Shown: piece after piece, positions 9,841 through 21,339 of the stretch | Position numbering within the stretch: position 1 is the stretch's first letter | Layout of the letters: each line of letters begins with the position of its first letter | Source of the DNA: Epithemia pelagica | Lineage: Eukaryota > Protista > Bacillariophyta | Direction: 5' to 3' | Length of the DNA: 64,000 nucleotides | NCBI GenBank assembly: GCA_946965045.2 | Contig: OX337237.1 | Location: 62,001 to 126,000 of the forward strand | Program-made: the position numbers and the translations under genes | The notes under the pieces: model-generated | Database searches by the model: none | What the model was told of the DNA's origin: nothing | The model's input: the letters and a program-made list of their open reading frames with translations, nothing else

Positions 9841-12068
9841 TCAGTCGGCAAAGTCCATGGGAGCCGAGGGGGAGGAGAATGTGGTAGGATGACCCGCAGA
9901 GGGGGAATCGGGAGCCACAAGGACCACTGGATGTTGTGTCGTTGTCGTGGTAGTAGTCGTCCGGGTAGTGTTGGTAGTTGGAGTCATGGAATAGCCCAAG
10001 GATGACAGAATTTCGGCATCACTCAACAACACGGGTGGTTGAGATTGGTGGAGAAGACCCTCTTGCGGTTGCAGTGGTTCGTCGCCTTGTTGTACGACGG
10101 CCCTGTTGGGAGAGGACACTGCCTCATGGCGCAGTAGGACGGCGGCATGCTTGTGATTGTGGGCCTCGGCTTCTTCGTCTTCCACGTGTAACAGAGCTGC
10201 CAGGGAAACGTCCAGACTGCCCGTGCTACTGTCGTCCTCCTCGCGCGACTGCTCGTCCGCGACCGCGTCCGTCGCGGGGCGAGTCGTCAATGCGCCCGTA
10301 GTAGGGTGCCATTGGATCATGGAGTGGGGGTGAACCGACGACGTGGACAAGTCCAAGTCCTTGTGGCTGTGGTCGTTGTGATTGACAAGCAGAGAAGGAA
10401 TGCTGGGATTCGAGACAAAAATGGGTGCTGGGTCGGAAGATGTGGTCTGTGGCTGTGCTTGTTGTGGAGCATTGAATGGTGTGGTCGGTGGAACTGTGGC
10501 TGCTAAAAGGCTTGGATGGGTTACAGTCTTGGGGGTCGGAGAGTCATGATTGCGGATCGTGTTACTGCTGTTAGTGTTGTGGTGCAATGCCATCAAGGTG
10601 TGATAGTCGTAGCCCAGGGCTGTCAAAATTTCTTGATTTGTCAACAAGGGCGGAGGAGCAGGAGGAGTCTGCTGTTGCTCAATTTGAGCAGGACCATGGA
10701 AACGAGGAAACGAACGCGTTTGTGTCAGGGTGGTTGGACAACGACCAAGGGCTTCACTCTCGGAATGACGTCGACGTCCCAATCCTACACCAAGTTGTTG
10801 CTCCTGCTGTTGTGGGTGTCCAAAATCGGCTTGTTCCATATCCATCAAGTCGAGCAAGACGGAAATATCCAAACTCTCGCTACTGTCACGAGACGTAGTG
10901 TCGTCTTCTTCGTCTTCGGCGGCTTGTTGTTCTTCTGGAGAATCCTGCATGGTTTGTTGGGGTGACTGTTGTGCCGCGTCAACCGTCAACAAGGCAGAAC
11001 GGGGCATGGTACCAGTTGTACTCGACCCAGCACCAACGGTCAATGTGGAGGACTGGGGATTGCGGTTTTGGTTGTTGCCGTTGTCGTAGTTGTTCGGGTC
11101 TGAATCGGAATATGAGGTGCTGTCTTGTGGTGGTTCTGATCGTCGTGCCCCCACAGTGGTGGGCGACGTCAACAAGGACGACGACAAGGACACGAGCGAC
11201 GTGGAGGGGGTACCCGCCGAGTGGTTGAGAGTGGTAGGAGACGACGACGACGCAGCAGCGACGGAAGTCGATGCGTGTGCCGACTCGTAGGTGGTGTCAG
11301 TCTTGGCCAAGCCGACCGCTGTGGATGCGGATGCTGGTTCTTCGTTCTTTACTGAATCCGACATTTGATATCGAATGGCCTGTTCGAGAGAGTGGAGGAG
11401 CAAACAAGAATGAGAGTTGTTGTCTTGTTTCGAGGAGAAAACGAAGAAAGAGCACACAGGACGACGACACACCAATCAACCAACCAACGTACCTGTCCAA
11501 TCTTTTTGCGAATTTGAAAACTATTGGCCACGGTCCAATGCGCTTCGTCCATGTAGGAGGACGAGTGACTGGATTTGCGTCGGAGTGGTGACGACAACGA
11601 GTCGTCCAGGGTCGTATTAGTGGTTGAGTCGCTATGATTCGTGTTGTTGCCACAGGGATGCAAAAAGCGGCCACCCCACGCCTTGACGGCGGCAATAATT
11701 TCCAGGACAACGCGTGACTTTTCCGCCCGGGATTGGGCCGCTTGATACCGGGGCAAAAAGGTCTTGACGACGGCTTGAAATTGTTGATTGCCGTGCCATC
11801 GGACATTGCCTCGACCCAACAAGACATCGTGCCGTTGTCGTTGCACAATCGTCAGAGGGGCACGACTGGTGGCTGCCAAAAAGGTATTCTTCTTGTTGGT
11901 CATCGTTGTATCGTTGTGGTCCGAACTGGAGCTGCTGAGAGCCGTTGGACTCGACTTGGTGGCGCGCAGGACCTGTGGCAATGACGACGATGACGATGAC
12001 GGCGGTTCTTGGTGGTGATACGTCTTGCTGGACATGGCAGTCGTCTTGTCCTTGGTGGGACTGTTCAT
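9841..12068 (-). CDS. DUF6824-domain protein, 2 exons (12068-11493, 11379-9841; 704 aa), paralog of 3144-5090
   Basis: HDVLLGRGNVRWHGNQQFQAVV...VKAWGGRFL...IRKKIGQ|AIRYQM. Removing the intron restores the junction seen uninterrupted in the paralog. Confidence 0.85.
11380..11492 (-). other. GT-AG intron, 113 bp, phase 0
   Basis: Donor CAG|gtacgt, acceptor cgaacag|GCC. Joins two ORF-track entries in frame. Confidence 0.9.
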
Positions 12069-12843
12069 GCTAGGCAAGTGGTTGTGACTTGTGAACAAGG
12101 CTTCGCTTATTTCGGGTTTGGTGGTGATTCATAGTAGCTTGTAGTAATAATGGTTTGATTCGTAATTTTATTTCACCGATACGTAGTCAAAAAGATGGAC
12201 CGATGGAGGAATACAATCACTCCGTCCTTCTTGTTCGATGCTGTTGTTGTATGTGTTGTCAGGGTTGTTGGACCGGGGGTGTGATGTTGGACTTCTTCAC
12301 TAAGTCATCACCTTGATCTTGACTTTTTCGATGATGTACTTGGATTTCCAGGTATCTGACCAATGCATCATCAATCGTCAGCGATGCCATGAGGCCAAAT
12401 CTCATCGCAGTGTGTAGGTGCGAGCCATTACATAGACTAATAATCGTGATTACTTTGAAGCTAGGGAGTGCTTTATCGGTCGCAGGTTCAGCCGGAAAGA
12501 GGTTTCGTAGGCCAGACCAGATAATTTTTGATATTCCATAAGAGCCTACTGGTTCGGGAAAAGCAGAAAGTGATTCCGAAACTTCGTCCCTAAATCAAGG
12601 TCTTGAACATGGAATGCTCCGACGACGTGGTTCGTGGTTTGCCGGCCATCCCACAATCTCTAGTCGCTGGTAGGTCTCCCGGAAGAAAACTTCTCGCTAT
12701 CTTTGTTATATTATAATGTTTGAGCTACCACACGGCAACCACTTTCGCAACAACCGCGCAAGAGTCCGTCGATGCCATATAATATAAGTAGTAGAAAGCA
12801 ATCTAGATTCTCCACGACGACGGCGACGACAACAACAAAGCGG

Positions 12844-12881
<38 letters not shown>

Positions 12882-13135
12882 CGCGGACCCTCATCATCAC
12901 CACCACCACAATAATGGCGACTGGGCCGCACGCCGCAGACCCTCGTACGTTCTCTCCATAACACCACACACGGTAGAGACGCCCAGAAAGAGAACGAGAG
13001 GAAGGAACCCAACCCCAATCTTTTTGGGAGGATGATCAATGTGTGTGTCGCAGCACACGACGACATGAGCCCGTCACTCTCGCAGGTGGCACAGTGCTTG
13101 TCATTCGTCGTACCAGATAGAGACTCTGTGAATCC

Positions 13136-16100
13136 TCACCAGAACGAAGGTGGTGGCGGTGGCGGTTGTTGTTGTTGCATCCACCATTGCCATAAAGCAT
13201 TGGGGACAGTGTTGGGTGTCGATGAGGATGATGACGACGACGATGGTGCAACAAGCTGTAACAAACTCCAAAGATTGTTCATGTTGTTGTTGTTGCCCGA
13301 CGACGATCCTCCTCGTTGTTGCTGTTGAAAGGCTTGGAACCATTGACTCACCACATCGGCCGGTGTCAATTGACCATTGATGTAGGTATCAACCAATCGT
13401 TGTTGGACAATCGTACCCGACTCGGAATCCAAGACAAATTCCGATTGCAGGGCCAATTGCAGTGGAAACGACGATGACGATGGATTGCTGGTACTATCCT
13501 GATTCATTGTACCGAACGGCAATGGTGTCCCCAACCAAGAAGGTGGGGGAGGCAATCCGGGAGGTGTCAAGACGACACGCAAATTCAAGATCAATCGGTA
13601 TCGAATAGTACCACGATCCGTCCATTCCACACGCGTCGTGACGGGTTGTTGTTCTTGTGCCGGTGACTGGTCGACTTTGTCTGCTTTCGACGGCGATGCT
13701 TCAAAGATCAATCGTCCACTTTGCAAATTGGACTGCAATTGACCAATCCAAAAGCCGACAACTTGTGCGTAGGGTGTTTTACCTCGAACCAGAGATTCGC
13801 CCAAATAGCCCACCAATTCCAACGACTCGGCCATGAACTCCAGAGCGGGAATGCGACTGGTCGGGTCCCCTGGCAACTGCGGCGACACAGTACTGCTAGT
13901 ACTGCCCAGGGCTTGTCCTTGGGTATGCAAGGCCACCATGAGGCGATACACAGTGGCCGCAGCCTCGTCGGAACGTGCCTCGGCTTGGTTCAATGCGGGC
14001 AACGACCCTGTTCCGGTGCGAGTTGGTGAATTCGGGGCAGTCGCGTCCACCATGATGAGTCGTTGCCACAATTGGACCAACCAGGAATCGTCGGCCGTCC
14101 GCAACAAAGCTTGGGTATTGGAATTGGTTAATGCGGCCACAAAGCGTTGCATCGACAGAGTCGTGTCACGAGGATTGGAATTCCCGGCAATGTCCAACCT
14201 CTCTTGCTCAATTTGAAGAATTTGAAATGAGCGTTGGGTAGTAGATTCGCAAAGACGAATTTGTAACGTATACACATCGGTACCGGAAATCACGGCATTT
14301 TCCAAAGGACCTTGGGCTTGATAGTGAACCCGCACTTGTGTGGTGACCAGTGGATCGTCATTCTTCGTGCTAGTCGACAGAATCAATGGTACAGTCTGTT
14401 CCGTAGATTGCAACGTCCACGTTCCACGACTTCGTCGTCGCAAGGTGGCCAAGGAGGCAAAAAAGTCGAGCAAGGCATGACGACTTGTAGGACTAGTGGA
14501 TTCTCCCGTGTTGCGCTCCGTCGTTGTGGGCACCAAAATGGTGTGTCCATCGGTTGCCACTAGGGTGGCCTGACGAGCAAACTTCCACGTCATGCTAGAA
14601 GTCGACGACGATGATGACGATGACGACACCGCAGTCCTGGGATCCACCAATTGCGGAATCACGTCTTGCACAAAAACGTGAATGACTTGTTGGACCGCCA
14701 CATGATCCATCCATTGTTTGGATCCCGGCAGGGGCACCGACAAATTCCAAGCCGTCCAGGTATCGTCCAAGAGAATGGGACCGCTCGTGGTGACATTGGA
14801 CGGTTTGCGGGATTGTCGAACAGCCCACAGTGGTTCGGGTGATGGAGTGGTGCTGGTTTTGTTTGGATCACGCAATGGTGGCACAGTCGAGGACGACGTC
14901 GACGTCGATGCTGCTTGTGGCCCGAGCAAGAGACGGTTCAACACATTGCGCGCCGTGGTGGTAGACGGTGAGAGGAGTGCGGGGACCACCTCTTTGAGCC
15001 ATTCGGGAGGAGGTGTCAAGACGGTTGTTGTCGTCGTCGTGGTCATCGCAGTATCCGGCGGCGGCACAAAGGAAAACAAGGTGCTCGGAATCATGGTCGT
15101 ACCACTTCCTCCTCTCAAGACGGTGCCCCATTGTTGCAATTGTTGCAAAAATTGTCCGACAGCGGCCACATTGAGGGTTTGAAAGGTACCCTCGTCGTCC
15201 GATGAGGCCTTCCATTGAATGGATTGAACTTCATGACGGGCCACCTTGCCGTCCTCCAACAGTAACCAGGAACGTCCTCGTAAAATTCCACGATTGTTCG
15301 GCGGGCTGGAGCTCGTTGGATCGTCATTGTCCTTGTCATTTCTCATGCCAAAAGGAAACAAGGACCTTCTGGCACCAGAATTGGTGGATAACAGGGAAGT
15401 CATGGTCAAGAGTGGAACACTCCAATCGACTTGAATTCCTTGAATTGTTGTCGGAGAAGAAGAAGAAGATGTCGTGTTGTCGTTGTTGTTGGAAACGACG
15501 AGGGTAATTTGACAATCCAGCAGAGGCAGCGAATAAGAAGATTTTGCTTCCTGTTGGGGTTGGGAAAGTCCTGCAATCCCCATCCACGTGTTATAGACCA
15601 AGGTGGTATACGTCCACAAGGCGTTTTGCCATTGAACCAATTCTTGGGCGGTACGGGCACACACAATACTATCCGACGAGGAGGAGGAAACAGAGGAATA
15701 AGAGGTTGGTCCACTACGACTTGTTGTTCTTGGTGGTGGTGGCGCCGCACTTGGTTCGGTGGCGGTCGTCGTCAAGACGAGGAGTCGGGACGATTCGGGC
15801 ACATGAGTTTGCAAGACTTGGTCCAACGTCCACGGATAGTGCAACACATGGGGCAATTGAGATTGCAAGTGACGCAAGGTGGTATGAAGGACTTGTTGTT
15901 GTTCTTGTTCTTGTTCTGGTTGCGTGGTGGTGTCCTGGTGGGGAATTGGTTGCCAGGATCGTACGCTTTTGGGAGTCGTCAGTCGTTGTTGGGTGGTGGC
16001 CGTGGTGGGAATCGACCGTCGGGTCTTGCTGGTTTCGCCCTGGTCCTTGTTGGTAGTATAAATAGGATCCGTGCCCTGGTTCTTTTTCTTACGACGACTT

Positions 16101-17155
16101 GTACTACCACTACTAATCGACGATTGCTGATTGGACGAGGCCAATTGGATACTTCTTGGTTGGTTTCTAGCTCGACGGCGAATCCTCGAATCTGGAGGAA
16201 CCATCACAAAGGCGGTCGTGCCGAATCGATGGTGCATCCAATCAGTACGCCCGTGCCACGAGGAGCTAGTAGGATCAGTACTAGCCGTGACGGTCGCCGT
16301 GGATAGGGCCAACAACAAGATTGCAGCAAACCAAAGGACGACGAGCCTTGTTCTCCTCCACGAGGCTCGGTGAGGTGAAACAGGACGACGACGACGACGA
16401 CACCAAGGGTTCCACCACCACCGCCCACAAGAATGCAGCCATGGTAGGATCCCAGACTCGATTCTCGTCACAAGAGCAATAGTACGAACAATCATACTAT
16501 GGGACAACCAAAAGCTCGAATGCTGTCGCACTGGTCTTGGTCGTTTTCGTGTGGTTCCTTGTGGTGTGCCGTTGAAAAGGGAATCCTGGATTCGTTGTGG
16601 TTTCGTTCCAAGGAGAGTGGCATGCTGGTTTCTCGACCGATCCATGACCCTGTGGTGGCACAGATTCTCCTTCTTCTTGTTGTCGTTGTTGTTGTCGTCC
16701 ATTGTCTCTGGTTCCTCGTTCGGCAACTCAAAGAGTCTCGTGTGCTCTCGTCCCCACTGGTGGAGGAGCACCGAACGGGGTCTCCCTTTTGGTTGGTTCT
16801 GCTTGGCTGCTGGGGACCAAACTCCCTCTCTCTTTCTTGCACCTTTGGATCTGGATTCCCACACAATCAAAAGAGTCGCTCTCGTTCTCTTCTTCTCTCT
16901 TGTAACAATCTCTGAGGTACAATGAGAGAAACACTCGTTCGTCCCTCCGTTCCTCCTCCATGGGATATGCCACAGGTTGAGGAGAGGTGGTGCGAGCGAA
17001 TCTTTACCGTGCGTTCTAAGAGCGACCCAAATACGCGACCTCTTGGTCGCATGCAAAACGAGGTGACGTACGGACGAAACGAAGTGTGGTGGAGTGCCGC
17101 CCCACCAGTATTCTGGAAGGCACTGCGGACACAAGAGTGCCGAATCAATAATCAT
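13136..17155 (-). CDS. Large hypothetical protein with about three tandem NTF2/SnoaL-like (DUF2358-like) repeats; true start probably downstream of 17155
   Basis: 1339-codon ORF. Three blocks end in similar strand patterns (ILRGRSWLLLEDGKVARHEVQSI; ISGTDVYTL...ILQIEQERLDIAG; LALQSEFVLDSESGTIVQQRLVDTYING). A signal-like segment RLVVLWFAAILLLALSTATVTA starts near codon 270. The fold call is inference. Confidence 0.65.
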   Translation of the reverse strand: MIIDSALLCPQCLPEYWWGGTPPHFVSSVRHLVLHATKRSRIWVALRTHGKDSLAPPLLNLWHIPWRRNGGTNECFSHCTSEIVTREKKRTRATLLIVWESRSKGARKREGVWSPAAKQNQPKGRPRSVLLHQWGREHTRLFELPNEEPETMDDNNNDNKKKENLCHHRVMDRSRNQHATLLGTKPQRIQDSLFNGTPQGTTRKRPRPVRQHSSFWLSHSMIVRTIALVTRIESGILPWLHSCGRWWWNPWCRRRRRPVSPHRASWRRTRLVVLWFAAILLLALSTATVTASTDPTSSSWHGRTDWMHHRFGTTAFVMVPPDSRIRRRARNQPRSIQLASSNQQSSISSGSTSRRKKKNQGTDPIYTTNKDQGETSKTRRSIPTTATTQQRLTTPKSVRSWQPIPHQDTTTQPEQEQEQQQVLHTTLRHLQSQLPHVLHYPWTLDQVLQTHVPESSRLLVLTTTATEPSAAPPPPRTTSRSGPTSYSSVSSSSSDSIVCARTAQELVQWQNALWTYTTLVYNTWMGIAGLSQPQQEAKSSYSLPLLDCQITLVVSNNNDNTTSSSSSPTTIQGIQVDWSVPLLTMTSLLSTNSGARRSLFPFGMRNDKDNDDPTSSSPPNNRGILRGRSWLLLEDGKVARHEVQSIQWKASSDDEGTFQTLNVAAVGQFLQQLQQWGTVLRGGSGTTMIPSTLFSFVPPPDTAMTTTTTTTVLTPPPEWLKEVVPALLSPSTTTARNVLNRLLLGPQAASTSTSSSTVPPLRDPNKTSTTPSPEPLWAVRQSRKPSNVTTSGPILLDDTWTAWNLSVPLPGSKQWMDHVAVQQVIHVFVQDVIPQLVDPRTAVSSSSSSSSTSSMTWKFARQATLVATDGHTILVPTTTERNTGESTSPTSRHALLDFFASLATLRRRSRGTWTLQSTEQTVPLILSTSTKNDDPLVTTQVRVHYQAQGPLENAVISGTDVYTLQIRLCESTTQRSFQILQIEQERLDIAGNSNPRDTTLSMQRFVAALTNSNTQALLRTADDSWLVQLWQRLIMVDATAPNSPTRTGTGSLPALNQAEARSDEAAATVYRLMVALHTQGQALGSTSSTVSPQLPGDPTSRIPALEFMAESLELVGYLGESLVRGKTPYAQVVGFWIGQLQSNLQSGRLIFEASPSKADKVDQSPAQEQQPVTTRVEWTDRGTIRYRLILNLRVVLTPPGLPPPPSWLGTPLPFGTMNQDSTSNPSSSSFPLQLALQSEFVLDSESGTIVQQRLVDTYINGQLTPADVVSQWFQAFQQQQRGGSSSGNNNNMNNLWSLLQLVAPSSSSSSSSTPNTVPNALWQWWMQQQQPPPPPPSFW

Positions 17156-18495
17156 TATTGATTATTCATTGGTGACATGGTGAGATTTGAGTATGGACTG
17201 AATACCGACAACAGCCTTAATCATATGATAGTTCAGACTACAATGGAGTCTCCCTACCATCTATCTATAAGATAGCGCGTGCTGAAGGACAATCGCTACC
17301 ATTGACAACGGCTTCCATCATCGTCCAGAAACAACAGCCACTCGAGGCCTAAAGTGTCTGGATGAAAGCGAACATCGAACATCCTACCCTGTCATCGTAC
17401 GCCACCGCGGAGGGGCCTATCTTCTGTTTGGTGTCCAAAACCCAAAACCGTCGACTCTAGCGTCTTCAGCGGTATTCCATCTTGGACTGGTAGTACCACC
17501 CTTCATCTCAATTCGACGAGGAGGAGGGGAGTGGCCAAAAACTCGGCACATGATCGCATTGGACTTGAAATACCAACGAACATCTCAATTCGACGTGATT
17601 GGGCCCATGTGTTCGATGTAAGCCCCCTTGACAACGTCAGGCAACCTTCCGTGAACCCCCAGTCCCTACCACCTGGATGCCAAGATCACCTACGTCAGCC
17701 ATTCCCCCAAAGTTCGGCTTCGATGGATCCCGAACACGCTGCTGAGATTCTGCTAAAAGATCGAGGCAGAGTTGGCTAAGAGATGGAGGTATTCTGTGTA
17801 GCTTTTTCGTACAAAACTCTACGAGACGCTTCGGGGTCGCATTAATATCTAACCCATCTACCGCATGGTCTGGCTTACTAGCTTCACAAGAACACGACTT
17901 GTCCCAATCTTGCGACCCTGGCATAATTTAGTATTGATTATTGGAGAGTTCCCGACCAAAACCTAAAGTTCCAGAAGAGCAGAAATCCTGCACCTGCAGT
18001 GGCAGTCGTCAGCCAACGTGGCCTACAGGACAAAGCGCTCTAGCTACAATCTCATGACAAGGAAGAGAGAGAAGGCAACGAATGGACAGATCCCCGATAT
18101 CATTTCTTATAGGGACAGCTCTATACTATGTTGTTGTATGGTCTTACGTTTTGCCCTTCACAAATTCTCTCTCTAGTGTTGACTCTTTCTCTCAAATCCA
18201 GGACATTCAACTTGCTCGGTGCATTGTTTCTCTTGTGGTTCTATCGAATGCACGAGGCTGCAAATCCTCTTTCCGACGTGTGTGTTCTCCTGTTTTTGTG
18301 GTTCACGATCATCAACGTCGTTCCACAAAAAGAACAGGAGACAGTTCCTACAATTGATTGACACTCCAACCACAACCACAACCACACAAGACAAAGAGAT
18401 CAACAACAACGATCAACAATTGGAAACCCTTGTAGACTTGCTCGTGTTGGAAACAGAACGTCGTTGACTCTTTTTTTGTTTCGTGCGTGGCAACA

Positions 18496-20156
18496 ATGAC
18501 ACAACCACCCGCATCGCCACAACCACAGCCACAACAGCAACCAAAGCAGCAGGAACCTAATGATGGGTCGCCACACTCCTCTCCACGGACCGAACGAGTT
18601 CCACTCAGGTTGCAAAAGATTTTGATTGAAGGCCAACGGGGATCGGAACTTCCCACCAAACCACCACCGCATGGTTTGGCCTTCAAGCATTTCAAGTGGT
18701 TTCCCTCCTCATCGTCTCGCACTACTACGGCGGCAACTACGGCTGCGGGTGGGGCACGTCGACTACCGACGCGTACATCCTCCTTTGCCCGACGATCCAT
18801 GGCGAGTTGTAGTACCCGTACCTTGATGACGACGCACAGTGACGAAGAAGATGTCACGTTGAGTGGAGAAGAATTGGATCTGGCCAATCGAGGAGGAGGA
18901 GGTGTACCACCACCACCGCCGCTCGAGCCACCTGCTACTGCACAGGATGATGTACTCTCTCCCACCTCGTCGCCCCGAACGGTACGAAACAGAACACAGT
19001 CACTTCATGGAAAAGCCATGCCACAGATTTCCAATCGCCTCACCCAACCCATGTTTGATTCGTTTGACTGTTTCTTCTCTAGATTCGCTTCTCGTTTCGG
19101 GACCGCACACCGCCCGTCTCTCCCGTGACGAAACGCAAAAAGCCAGTGCACTTTTCCATGGCCACGCCCGTTTCCATGCGATCCAAAAAGCACATTTCGC
19201 CCCATGCCTACTTGACGTCGCTGTTGCGATCGCGGGGCTATTCCACCGCGACTCACAAGGCACTCGACACGGCCTATTTTGCCGGACCACCCACACCCCT
19301 GCAATTGGCCAGTTTTGGTCCCCATGTCCAAGAATTGCTCGAGCTCGACAATGCCAAGGGATTGCGTCAAGTACTGGAAGCTGGATTGTCCCCTCATGCC
19401 TGTGAAACACTGGATGGCGTCTCGTTGATTCATTCGGCCAGTCGACAGGGACACTACCAGTGTCTCAAGGTCTTGCTGGATCCCCAGTTTGCCGGTACGG
19501 CCCAGGTCGTGGACGCCATGGGACGCTCCCCCTTGCACATGGCCTGTTTAGCCCTGTCGCAATCCACAGCAGTGGTTCTGCCCCAGTACTTTGACCTGGT
19601 GGATCTCTTGTTGCAGCACCATCGGCGACTCTTTTTTGTCCAAGATGAATTCGGTGAATTGCCCTTGTCCTATATTGATCCATTGCATTGGACGGCCTGG
19701 ACCAAGTATCTCATGTCGCGCAAAGATACGCTTTGGCCCGATCGATGCCTGAACACACAAGGATTGGAACCGGAAGATCCCATGGCGACCCGCAACAGCG
19801 CCAGTACGAGTCTGGTGGATGGCAGTTGCAAGAACAAGACCAAGAAGGAAATTCCCTTGCATTTGGCTTTGCAAGTGGCCGAAGGACGCGTCACTCCCTT
19901 GGATGCCTTGGTGCAGCAAGCCACGGAAGGGGTCCACCGTTCCAACGGACCGTGGACGGTATTGAATCAGAAACAGGGAGAGGGTTTGTTTGTTCTCGAC
20001 AGTGATGACGACGAAGATGACGACGGCAGTGAAGCCACCTTTGATGAAGAGGAAATGGCGGAAATTCTGGGATGTATTGGAAGTTGCAAAGCGGTTGCAT
20101 GGACATCCCGATCTCCTTCGCTGACCAACAGCGTCAGGAGCAACAACACTACGTGA
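18496..20156 (+). CDS. Ankyrin-repeat protein, 2 exons (18496-18981, 19083-20156; 519 aa)
   Basis: The 101-bp intron 18982-19082 (ACG|gtacga...ctctag|ATT) joins two ORFs in frame. Ankyrin-like SLIHSASRQGHYQCLKVLL, GRSPLHMACL and GELPLSY. Confidence 0.8.
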
Positions 20157-21339
20157 CTTTCAAGACAGTTTGTCCCAATCGGGAAAGAACACGAAGAGAA
20201 CATCTTACAAGGACATGGCATGGTGCATTCCCAACGACTTGGTCATAAAGCTGCAACAAGACCTCCAACAGAGACACACAAGACCTCCAACAGAGACTTT
20301 TGTTTTGTACAGCCTTGGTACATCACCACCGTTCGGTAGATGCTGGGCTATCCTAGACTCTTGTCCCGCGACCATCATCCACAGCTAGCTATAAAACGAC
20401 CAAAACAACCGAGTCATACGAATGAATAATCGAGAAACTTTGGATGATAAAGGCTCTTTTTCTCAGGAACTTTGCTGCCTGATTGCATGTCGGTATTTGA
20501 TTTCTAGGTGGGACACCAGGAGTGTTGGAGGTAGCTAGGGAGAAGCATTGCTCGACACGTAATATGGATAGCTTTCCTATAGCCTACACAGCTCCAGTCG
20601 CGTGGTTTCACGTGCCCTGTAAAACGCGTGCCAGAAAATGTTTGCTCATGTCCGTAAAGTTCTTTTCATTCGTACATCGACGGCAATAATGGCAGCAGAC
20701 TTTCTCATTCTTTATGCCATGACGCATGACGCAGAATCGATGAGAAGCAAACCTCGTTCTATTCTGACAGTCAATGTCTCATGCAAATGACCTCTTCTGG
20801 ATCATATATTGATTAGACGGGAAGCGGAGAGGAAGAACCCTGTTCTTGTCTATGGAAGTCTCACTGAGGACATCATTGGAATGTGACGCGGCTCGTTGAA
20901 AGCCAATGAAAATCCAGGACTCATATGCATCTGCCAATCATACCACCGAAAACCGTCTGGACAATGCCGTAGAACGGCAAGGACAGAGACATGTTCTACC
21001 GGCTTGAGGTGATGTCTGACCGACACAAATGACGAAAGAATAGTAGTAGACCAAGATTCGAGAACGCTTTTGGTGACCAATCTATGAATGCTATCCAGTC
21101 TTTGATCGACTTCCGATCACGGCCGCAGAGTCAAGTCCATTTCAAACGCAACAACCATGCTTAACTATGTACTCGGTTAACTACGTAGAATAACGGATTC
21201 CATGAGAAAAGGAAATCTGTCCAACATGTATAGAAACAAGAAACTCTTTCTCTCAACACAACGTCCTGCCAGGACACCCAATTCACCCCCTAGATAGATA
21301 GACAGATCCTCCATTTCTGCCAAAACACACCGTCTCTCC

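Noticed and set aside
17160-18400. Possible gene or transposon remnant (short ORFs, 15-bp repeat catctcaattcgacg)
   Set aside because: No recognisable domain or terminal structure.
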